DNA of 63,725 nucleotides from a virus: UHGV virus genome UHGV-0036031; one strand, 5' to 3'. Shown piece by piece: positions 20,091 to 30,900 of this stretch (position 1 is its first letter; each line of letters starts with the position of its first letter). The notes under the pieces were generated by a model. It saw only the letters and a program-made list of their open reading frames with translations, ran no database searches and was not told where the DNA came from. The position numbers and the translations under genes were made by a program.

Positions 20091-21965
20091 ATGGCAAAGC
20101 GCATTGTGGGAACACCTGACACCGTTGGCCCGGACGCGGGGCTGCCACCCATCATGGGGTCCGAGGCCATGCCTCGGCAGGAGGTCACGTTGCCCGACGA
20201 CATGGGCACGGTGGCACCGCAGGCGGCATCGGAAGCGGCCTCGCCCGACCTTGTGGACGCCGCCAGCACCATCGCCCCGGCCGATGATACTTCCCGCAAG
20301 CTGAGGCTGGGGTTTGACACGGGGGGCTTCGGGTGGGCGCTGGGCAGCCAGGACTTCAACCCGGCGGGATACAAGCCCACGGAAAGCCGCTCCGCAGGGG
20401 TGGGCAAATACGGTGGTGCCCCCATCTACGCCGCACCCTTGGCCTTCCCCAACAGTGTGATCGCCTCGCGCCTACAGGCCATCCAAAAGGAGGATGATGC
20501 ACTCGACGCCGCCATCGCCAAGTTGGGAGAGGGGTACACCGATGTGAACAACCCCAAGTATTCCGACAGGTTTCACCGTTGGGCTAACGCGGAACTGCGA
20601 TCGGCCATACAGTCCGCCAAGGCGATATGGGGTGAGAAGGAGGGGATGCGGCGACTGCTCACCCCCGGAACTGAGGAATACGAGGCTTTCCACACCACGA
20701 AGGAAAGCATCAACACCGTGGCCAAGGGCATCAACCAAGGCACTGGTGACGCCCTTGCCGTAATGAAGGGCATATCGGACGGCACCATCCAGAACACGCC
20801 GGGGCTGTATGAGGCGGCAAAGGGGTTCCATGATGCCGTTGGCAATACGGCCAACATGAGCGCCCCGGACGTGGCCAAGGCGTACAACAGGTTCGACCAG
20901 CACCGCAGCTTCAACAAGGCCATCCAGGATGACAAGGTGCTCGACGCCCTGAAGAACGCCGCCAGCACGGAGGACCTTGTGACGCGCATCAAGGCCGGGG
21001 ATCCCCTGTATGCGTCCAACTTCGTCAGCTACCTCAACACCAAGAGGAAGTCGGTGTCGGAAGCGGCCATAGAGACCTTGACGGACAAGTATGCACAGGA
21101 GTTCCCGGACATGCCGCGTGAGGTCATCCGTGCCAATATCGCCGCCATGGTGCCCAATGACCTTGAGCAGAAGATCACTTCGCACCAGCGGCACGCCCCA
21201 AGTGGAAGCAACGGCAGCGGGGCCAGCAAGTACGTGCCGCAGTCGGCGTATGACAAGAACGCCGCCGTGTTCCCCACAGGCACCATACGGGCGGCAAGTG
21301 GCGAAGAAGCAGCATTCACGCTCAATTCGAGTGGAGGTGAGGTTTCGAGGCCATACATGAGCCTGATGACCTACACGCAGTCTGGTGGCAAGCTGGCCAC
21401 CCCCAACGTGTTCCATGACGGCAGCGCCCGCGTGTATATGTCACCGGAGGGCGTATACAACGTCAATGGTGAGGGATGGATCGTGGGGAGCCAGACCGGT
21501 ATGCCACGGACAAGGGCGCAGAAGGACAAGTTCAAGGAATATGCCAGCGGCATGCTTTCCGCAGAGGACATCGAAAAAGCCCTCAATGCCACCGACGAAA
21601 GCCAGCTTACCCCCGAGGCTGCGGCAGCGATCGACAGGTTCAACGAATTGCAGAAGGTGGCCGTGCCACTGACCCCCGCCAACGAGAAGATGCTGACCAA
21701 TGCCTACGGCGTTGATGTGCCGAGGATGCGCACATCCATTGAACTCGAAGGATACGGGAAGGGTGACAAGCCCAAGGAACAAATGCCCTTTGTGCCGGAC
21801 GCCGTGGCTCAAATGGCGGGTGGCAACAAAGCCAAGGACAATGATCCACCAGTATCGCAACGCCCCAAGAACGGCGAGGCCCGCGCCGATGGCGCAAGGT
21901 GGAGCGACAAGTATGGCGCTTACGTGATGAAGGGGAGTGACGGCAAATACCGTATCGTCGATTAG
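20091..21965 (+). CDS. Hypothetical virion/internal protein
   Basis: 624-aa ORF immediately upstream of the giant ORF. Confidence 0.45.
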   Translation: MAKRIVGTPDTVGPDAGLPPIMGSEAMPRQEVTLPDDMGTVAPQAASEAASPDLVDAASTIAPADDTSRKLRLGFDTGGFGWALGSQDFNPAGYKPTESRSAGVGKYGGAPIYAAPLAFPNSVIASRLQAIQKEDDALDAAIAKLGEGYTDVNNPKYSDRFHRWANAELRSAIQSAKAIWGEKEGMRRLLTPGTEEYEAFHTTKESINTVAKGINQGTGDALAVMKGISDGTIQNTPGLYEAAKGFHDAVGNTANMSAPDVAKAYNRFDQHRSFNKAIQDDKVLDALKNAASTEDLVTRIKAGDPLYASNFVSYLNTKRKSVSEAAIETLTDKYAQEFPDMPREVIRANIAAMVPNDLEQKITSHQRHAPSGSNGSGASKYVPQSAYDKNAAVFPTGTIRAASGEEAAFTLNSSGGEVSRPYMSLMTYTQSGGKLATPNVFHDGSARVYMSPEGVYNVNGEGWIVGSQTGMPRTRAQKDKFKEYASGMLSAEDIEKALNATDESQLTPEAAAAIDRFNELQKVAVPLTPANEKMLTNAYGVDVPRMRTSIELEGYGKGDKPKEQMPFVPDAVAQMAGGNKAKDNDPPVSQRPKNGEARADGARWSDKYGAYVMKGSDGKYRIVD

Positions 21966-21967
21966 CC

Positions 21968-24900
21968 ATGAGCAAGAAGGACAAGTTGAAGGCCGGGACC
22001 GTCGTTGATGACCCGTTCGGGGAATCACAGCCCCCTGCCGCCGCGACAACCCTCAAGGCGGGAACCATCGTCGAGGACCCGTTCGTCGAACCCGCGTCTT
22101 TTCAGCAGGCCCCGAAGCCCGCGAGCACCCCAAGCGGGGCGGCTACGGGGCCATCCACGCCATCGCCGTCACCCTTGGAGGAGCCGTTGCCCATGTTCAT
22201 GGACTTGCCGTGGGCCTCGCAAGGGCAGTCCTCCGCATCCCCGCCTTCGCGGCTGGCTTCGCAGCAGGAACCGTTGCCCGTGGATGGGTCGATGGGCTTG
22301 AGGCTGGACGGGGCACCCAAGGGCAATGGATACCTCGGGCCGATAAAGGCAAAGGACGGAAGCGTGATGACCGAACTGTCGTTCGACTTCGAGGCGGACG
22401 GCAAAAAGGTGTTCGCACCCCTGCTCGTGCCCACGCTGTCACAAAGCGAGGTTGACCTGCTCGCCTCGGGGGCGGACCCCACACCGGCCATCATACGCAA
22501 GGCCGAGGACCACGCCCTGCAACGCATCCCACAGGGCAAAAGCCCCTTCGCCGGGAAGGATGACCCCATCACCGGGGTGAACAAGGACCTGCTGGATGAC
22601 GACCAGCGGGCGCGGTTGCAGAAGGACCTCGACGCCTTGCGCCGGTCGGCTGCGATGTCCAAGACCGGATTCATGCCTGCGCAGGCCGACGCCATCGCCG
22701 ACAAGCTGGAGAAGGATAGGCTGGCACGCCAGCCCAAGGTGGAGCCGGACTATGCCAAGCAGGTGCTCGACGAGTACGGCATGGAGGTGCCCGAGGGCAT
22801 GGACCCCAAGACCTACAAGCAGGGCCTTGACAGCGAGTACAAGTCCCGGTTCGCCGCAATGGACCTCGCCACGGCCCAGCGCACCAAGCAGGCCAGCGCC
22901 GAAAGGCTCAAGCGCCTTGACGCCAGCATGCAGGCCCTTGCCGGGCGCATGAAGCAGGTGAATGATGCCTATGCCAAGTTCCCCGAGCGGTCCGCCACGG
23001 CAGACCCCGAGGAGGCGCGGAGGGAACTCAGCCTCATGGAGAACACCGGCAAGCAGACCCAGGCATCCATGGAGGCTTACCAGGACCTCGCAAGGAGCGC
23101 ACTGCGGGACATGCAACTGTCGGTGCTCCGGGAGTACGAGGTCAAGAAGGGCACGGGGTCATGGGCCGGGGCCATGGGCTTGTCCATACCCAAGGGCGTG
23201 GGCAGTGTGGCTGCCGGGGCGCAGTCGTTCGTGATCGACGCCCTCGCCGCCATGCTGCCCAAGGATGCCGTGGTGCCCAAAGGGGAGACGGGGACACGTG
23301 ACGAGGCGGCGAAGATCCTCAAGCGCCTCATGCTGCCGGGGACAAGGGCCTCCTATGCCAACGCCGTGCGTGACCTCACGGGCATCAAGACCACGGACGA
23401 ATACTACGCGGACCAGCAGGAGAACGGCAACATCGTGACGCGCTCCCTGCTGGGCCTTGGTGAGAGCGTTCCGGGCATGGTGACGCCGGGCATGTTCGGC
23501 ATCTTCCTTCAGAGCGCCGATGCCGTGGGGAAGGAACTTGAAGGGGAGGAGTACGACGACATCAGCGAGGGGGAGAAGGCGGCGATGAAGACCCTGATCG
23601 CGGTGCCCCAGATGGCGCTGGAGCGGTTCGGCTTCCGCAACCTCGTGAAGAACACCGCCGTAAGCAAGGGCATCGTGGCGAGGGTGCTCAGGAAGATGGC
23701 GCCGGGCGCATCGGCCGGACAGATACAGCGCCTCATCGACGCTGAGACAAGGAGTGTCATCGGCAACGCCGTGTCACGTGGCTTTGGCGCCACCGCCTCA
23801 GAGGTGGAGACGGGGGTTATGCAGGAAGGGGTGGATGTCGGTATCCGCTCGCTGTACAACCTCGCCAAAGGGAAGAGGGTGCTGGACCAGCCGGACAACC
23901 TGTATGATGCCACAGTGCAAATTGCGGAGAGCGGCGTCATGGAGGGCATTGGCGGCGGGGTCCTTGGTGCTCCGGCAGCCATCGGCAGCGCCATGCGCAC
24001 CGGCAAGGTGGCGCGGGACATGGACGTGCGCCAGTATGAAATGTTCGAGGGGTTGTTGAAGGACCCCGAGTACGCCAGCGCCGTCTCGGACTGGAATAAT
24101 GCCTTGGTGGAGGCCAAGAAGATCACGGAGGCTGAGAAGGTCAAGCGTGAGAACGACCTTGCCCAAGCCTCGGAGATCGCCGCCCAGATACCGGAGAACC
24201 TGCCTGTGGAGGCGCGGCGCGACGCCTACGACCTGCTCGTGGAGAAGCGCAAGCTCAAGAAGTCGGACCCTGCATTGTCGGGGCCGCGCATCGCCGAGAT
24301 CGACGCCAAGCTCGCGAAGCTGTCCGGCGCCACCAAGGAGGACACGGGGGCGGAGAAGGCGAAGAGCGAGGACACCAAGGGGACGGAAACGAAGGAGAAT
24401 GCACCGACACCGCCGCCCGAACAGAAGGTTGAGGGAGAGGTTAAGCCCACGGCACCGGCTACAGCGCAGGTTCCGCAGGGGCAGGCACCGGCCACCGGGA
24501 CGACGGCAGTACAGAAGGACGAACTTGACGACCTGCTGGGCGAGGTGCCCAAGGCTGACGGCAATGAACAACGGACAACGGATGAAGAAGCGGGTGGAGG
24601 CGCCGCCATTGAGGGTGCCGGGACCGGAACAGGGGCACAGGTCGCGCAGGCCACGGGTGATGCGCAGGATGCCGGTGTTCCGCTGGCGCAACAACAAGGG
24701 GGCGGAGGCGTAGCCGAAGCCACTGCGACCGGGGCGAAGGAGGTCGGGGCGGAGGCTCCCAGGGATGAGCGGCAGGCGATTATTGAGAACGCCGAGGTTA
24801 CAGGCAGTGCCTCTGAGGATAGGGCAAGCGGGAAAAGAACTATTGCCGGTCAGGTATATGAGAGGCAGGCCGCAGGAAAGCGGAAGTACACGGGCGAGGC

Positions 24901-27900
24901 GGGGCGGATACAATTCTCCGAGAATGTTGTGGAGCCGTTCGAGTATGCGCTGATGGAGGCTGATGATGTCCAGCCATCGCATATCAACCAGCGTAGAAAC
25001 CCTTACCACTTCATTCCGGAGGCTCAGCCCAAGCCGCGCACGGACAAGGAAAGCCAAATAGCGGCCCAAGGCATTGCCGCCAACCCCGACCTGAACTTGG
25101 GTGGTGCAGCACCCAACGCCTATTCCGGTGCCCCGGTGGTGAATGCAAGAGGCGAGGTGATCCAAGGCAACAACCGGTCGGCGGGGTACAAAGAGCACTA
25201 CGCCCAAGGCGGCACCGCCTACAAAGCGGCACTGGCTAAGAATGCTTCACAGTTCGGATTCACCGCAGAACAAGTGGGGGGCATGAAGAAACCCGTTCTT
25301 GTTCGGCTGTTGAACGTGAACGATGCCCGCGCGATAGAATTGGGCAACTACGATGCGAAGGACATTGAATCGGGCAGCAAGCAGGGCATAGACCCCGCTG
25401 CGGTATCCCCTCGCATCCCTTCGGATGTAAAGTCCCGCATCACGGGCATGCTGTTCGGTGAGGATGGCGATGCTACGATGAAGGAGGCGTTGCGTAAGTC
25501 GTATGGCGATGTGGCCGATGCGCTCGCTCCTTACCTGAACCCTTCACAGCGGAATGGATTGTTCAAGAAGGACAGCAAGGAACCCAGCCCACAGGGAATT
25601 GATCAGATAGAACAACTGGTTCGTCACTTCCTGTTCGATGGAGGTCCACAGGACCTGGCTGGCGTGTTTGAGCGCGGCATACCACATCATGCCCGCAACG
25701 GGATCATGGGGGCGGTGCCGAGCCTGTTCTCTTCGCCGGAAAGTGTACCCATCATACGGGAGGTTCAGAACGGGATCATGGCCGCTGCGGCCTTTCGCAT
25801 GAGCGGCGTTGGGGCATTTGATTCATGGACGGCACAGTCCGATGCGTTCGGCCCTTCGCCTACGGAGGTATACACACCTACGGAACTGGCTATGGCCAAG
25901 ATGTTCGATGAGGCAAAGACGGCCAAGGAGGTTCGTACCAAGTTGGATGACTACGCGAAAGGGACCAAGGCCACGGAAGCGGATATGTTCACCGAGGCCG
26001 CACCGGGCAAGACAAGGCAAAGATCCGCCGAAGATGTTTTCGGCATAACTCCACAACAGGAAAATGACCAAGCAGGAAATACTACTGGCAGAGCGCAAGA
26101 ACCGGCTGGAACTGTACCGGAAGCGGCACGGGAAGGAGTGGGTGCCGCCGAAGGGGAGCGACAAGGAGGGAGCGAAGAAGTAGCCCCTGCCGCCCAGACG
26201 CGGGTGGATGAAGCGGCCACGGTCAAGAAGAAGGGGCTGCGCGGGGGCGAAGCGGGCACCGCCTACGCCCCAAACAGCGAACCCGGAGCGGATGTGTATC
26301 TCGGCGAAGTGGAGCAGGTGGCCAAAGGCATTGTGGCTACCAAAGGCGTAAGTGACAGTCCCCCGCGTATTGAAGCCATGGCCAAGTCGGATGCGGCTAA
26401 TGATGTTCTTTACCTGGACAATAAACCTACCGGATGGAAAATATTCCAAACGCAGGAGTGGCAGGTTGTAATCATCTCCAATGACGGTAAGAAATATAAG
26501 CGGTTCCTTGCAGAAAACAAGCGGAGTGGAACCGATTATCAAAGAGCCCATGCGTATGCGGTTGCATGGGCTTTTGATAACCCGTACAAGGTAACCACAA
26601 ATGACTTGCCGAATAGTCAAATTGTAACGAAACCACTTTTCGCAAAAAATCAGACGCTGGCAGATGAAGCACAAGCGAAGCCCGCTACCTCCTCCGCCAC
26701 CGACAGCTATGCCCCGCCCAAGGACAACGACGCGGGAGCGGACTGGCATGGCAGTCTGAAGGACGGCTACACGCCCACCGCACGGCAACAGCCCATCATA
26801 GACGCCATGGACAAGGCATTGGCCGATGGCGCGTGGTTCGGGGACGACCTGCGCGCCCATGTGGCCAGGCAGCTCGGGGTGGCGGACCCTTCCGGCCAGG
26901 TGTTCGGCATGGACGTGCATTATGCCGAACAGTATTTGGACGCGAAGCGGGAGCGTGACAGCGGCGTGCAGGACAGGAAGCGGCTGGGCCCGAAGGTGGG
27001 CGACCGGCTGGGCACGCTGGTGTTCGCCGATGGCACCAAGGCGAGGAGGGCGGTGGTGACCGCTGTCGGAGAGGTGGGGCCGGGCATGCAGGTGACGTGG
27101 AAGAAGGCGGGGAAGGATTTCAGCGTACAAACCACGGCAGGGGCGGTCATGGCCGCCATGGACCGGGCCAAGGAGAAAGGACTGAGGGAGGATGACAGTA
27201 GGGATTATGTTTCCTCCAAGGGTGGCGAGGCCAAGCAGGCCGCACCTCCGAAGGAGGAGAAGAAGGAGGCGAACCAGCTTTATGACTTTGGCGAAAGGCT
27301 TGAGGGGGCGCGGAAGTTCCTGCCACCATCATTAAAGGAGGAGGTCGGCGATGACCAGATCGCCACGCAGCCATTCAGCAAGATATGGCCGGCCAAAACA
27401 CATGAAAGCATTGAAGACCCTGCGGCAGCGGCATTCGCCTATGTGGCACGGGAGTTCGTCCCCCCAAAACCCCGAACGCCATACAAGGTGAAGCGGTGGG
27501 TGCAGCAGGTGCAGACCATGCGCGGCCTATTGCGGAACGAGTTGGACATTGACAAGGCCGAGGCATTTGCCATGGAAAAAGGGTTAAGGCTCGATGGCTT
27601 TTTTGCCAAAGTGAGGTTGTTGAGCGAGCTTCCTCGTGATACATGGGGGCGTATTGGGCAGGTTGATGAACGCCCGAATGCGCGACGCATGAAGTCCGAC
27701 GAGACACTGAGGAAGGAGGGCATTGACTTTGCGCGGGAAGATGGCGTCCCCATGCAATACTTAATCACCAACAAGGAGACGGGGGAGCGCACGAAAATCG
27801 ATAGCTTCTCAAAGGCATACGAGGATCTTTTTGAGACACGGCCATTCACGACCGTATCCATTGACGGGAAGACGGTCCACATGGAAGGAAGTCCACGTAT

Positions 27901-30900
27901 AGGGGCGGATGAAATCCAGCGGATAAAGGAAATCCTCGGTACCGAAGCTCCAGAAAAGGGAGGCTTGACGGCAAGGGATTTCGAGCAAAGAAGGCACACC
28001 GCTACGGGGACCGTATTCTTCAACAGGAAGGGCGACCCTCACCACAGGAGGTTGAAGGAGTTCACCGGGCCGAATGCCTCTAACGATGCGCGGGCATGGA
28101 TCAAATACCCTGGCAACATCGTCGTGCTTGCGGACGAATGGGAGAAGGTGAAGGCAAGAGACAACGTGAGCAAGGCGGATACCCGGCGCGAAGACAACCG
28201 GGAAAGGGTGGGCAAGAACCACAGGGATGGTAAGGATGTGACGGAACAGATGTTCACCGACACATTCGGGTTCAGGGGTGTGCAGTTTGGCAACTGGGTA
28301 AAGCAGGGCAAGGGCGACAAGGGAAGGCAAGCCCTTCTCAACGATGCCTATGATGCACTGTTGGACCTTTCCGATATTCTGGGGATACCCTCCGAGGCCA
28401 TCAGCCTGAACGGATCGCTGGGCTTGGCCCTTGGTGCCCGTGGAAAGGGCAAGGCTTCGGCGCACTTCGAGGCGGACAATCTGGTCATCAACCTCACCAA
28501 GACACGCGGGATGGGGACTTTGGCCCATGAGTGGTTCCACGCTTTGGACAACTACTTCAGCAGGAAGCGCGGAGTAAGTGAGTTCAAGGGGGACAACACA
28601 GCGTACCGGAAAGCAAACTACGTGACTTACGCGCCGGAACAGGGGTGGTTGTTCAAAGGGAGGGGGACCCCGTACACGAAGCAGGAGGTACGAAGCATCA
28701 TCCAGACAGGAGGGAAGTTCGACGAGCGTAAATCGTTCACCGAGAACGCCGAAGCGGCTGGCTGGGTGCCCGACGCCAACCACAAGAAGGGCATACGCCC
28801 GGAAGTGGAGCGGGCCTTTGCCGAACTGGTGGATGCGTTGAATGCTTCACCCATGGCCAAGCGCGCAAGGTCCATGGACAAGGGGGTGGACGGCTATTGG
28901 AGCCGGATCATAGAGCGCGGGGCGCGGAGTTTTGAGAACTACGTCATCAGTAAGATGGCGCAGAAGGGATGGAGCAACGACTTCCTGGCCAATGTGCGTG
29001 ACTTTGATGAATGGAGGGAGCGTGGAAAGAATGCGCAACGCTACCCCTACCTGCTCCCGGAAGAGGAAGCACCGGTGATCGCCGCTTTCGACAACCTGTT
29101 CGAGACGATCGAGGCGAGGAAGACGGATAGTGGGACGATCTTGGAACAACTCACCAACCAATCCACTACCTTAGCAGAACCACACGATGCACAAGAGAAA
29201 AAACCAGCCTACCCCAACGGTATACCGGGAACCGAAATTCCCACTTCCGATGACGGCACCGCCGACTTCATCCGCAACAGGAAGCCCATCACCTACCGGG
29301 TGCTGAAGGCCCTCGAAGGCATCGGTGGCGTCAGGGTGTACTATCCGAGGACCGCCCGCCAATACTCCGAAATGGTGTCACGCCTCAAGGGGCAGGGCCT
29401 CACCTCACAGAGTTCATGGGGCGTATTCAGCCCCGCCAACAGGGTCATCGTCATCAACCCCAACGGGCCGGACCTCAAGCAGACCTTGTTCCATGAGGCG
29501 GCACACCCCATCGTGGCGGCACTCATGCACAGCAGGCCCGACCTGTTTACGAAGTTCTACGAGCAGGTGCTCAAGGAGGAAGGGGGCAAGTACGCCAAGT
29601 TCGCCGAGAAGTACAAGGACAGGTCGCCGGAGCAGCAGGCACAGGAGGCCATTGTGGAGTTCCTTGCCGACGTGGCTGCGGGGAAGGTGCCGGTGCGCAC
29701 CACCAAGGACAGCCTGTGGCAGAGGTTCAAGGCGTGGGTGCAGGAGGTGCTGGCGGCGATGGGGTGGGACATGCGGCGTGTGGACCTGGGCAACCCCAAG
29801 GACGTGCGGGACCTTGCGGCGAGGCTGAGCAAGGCGTTCAACGAGGGCATCCGCGTGTCGGGGCTGGACGGCAGCAACGTGGATACGGTGCTGAAGGATG
29901 GCGCCTCCCTTTCCGAGCAGCGTTCGGGCATTCCTGCCGTGGCGAAGGCGCTGGTGGACCGTGGCATCACGGACCTGGCAGCGATAGAGAAGGAGCTTAC
30001 ACGGCGCGGCAGGCCCGACCTCGTGAGGGAGGTCCAGGAGGAGGTGGCCGCACAGATGAGGGGACAGGGAAGTGCTGAAGGTGATGGCGGGAAAAAGAAG
30101 CGCAAGCTGACTAAGCGCCTCGTCGCCGGACAGGAAGTTGATGACGAGTTGAAGGGCGCCATAACGGATGATGCCATCTACTATGACCAACTGCCGCACA
30201 GGGTCAGCAAGGATCAGGCGCAGCAAGTATTGGCCCACATGACCGACCGCGAGGCAGAAGAGGCCGTCCTTGACATGAAGAACGGGATGCACATGGCCAC
30301 CCGGTTCATCATGGGCATAGAACTCCTGCGCAACCTCAACAAAGAGAAGAAGTACGATCAGGCTTCTGCTTTCTATGACAGGTTCGTGCCCATGACCACG
30401 GAAGTCGGTCAGGGCATATCGGCACTCAGGGAGCTTGGAGGGGCGCTTGGCAAGGCCGGACTGGTCGAGAAGGCCAAGCGCGACATGAAGAAGACGCTGG
30501 GGCGCGACCTAACTGAAGCGGAGCTGAAGGAGATAGATCGTCTTGCCGAGCGGGTGGACAAGGCCCCGGAGGGCAGGCCGAAGTTCGATGCCATGGAGGA
30601 CCTGCTGAAATACCAGGCCAAGATCGCCGGGGCAAGATGGTGGGAGGTCCCCATGGCGATATGGTATGCCAACATTCTTTCCGGGCCTACCACGCACATT
30701 AAGAACTTCGTGGCCAACAGCGCCAACTTCCTGTCCCTGATGACATCGGCCATCGCCAGGAACCCGAGGTCCGTGCCGTTTCTCGTTCGTGGGTTGGTCC
30801 ATGGGCTAAAGGTGGGCGTGCTGGAAGCAGGTGCAACATGGAACACGGGATACTCCCCCATCAGGGGCAAGGTGGAGGTGCCTGCCGTACTGGAGTGGTA

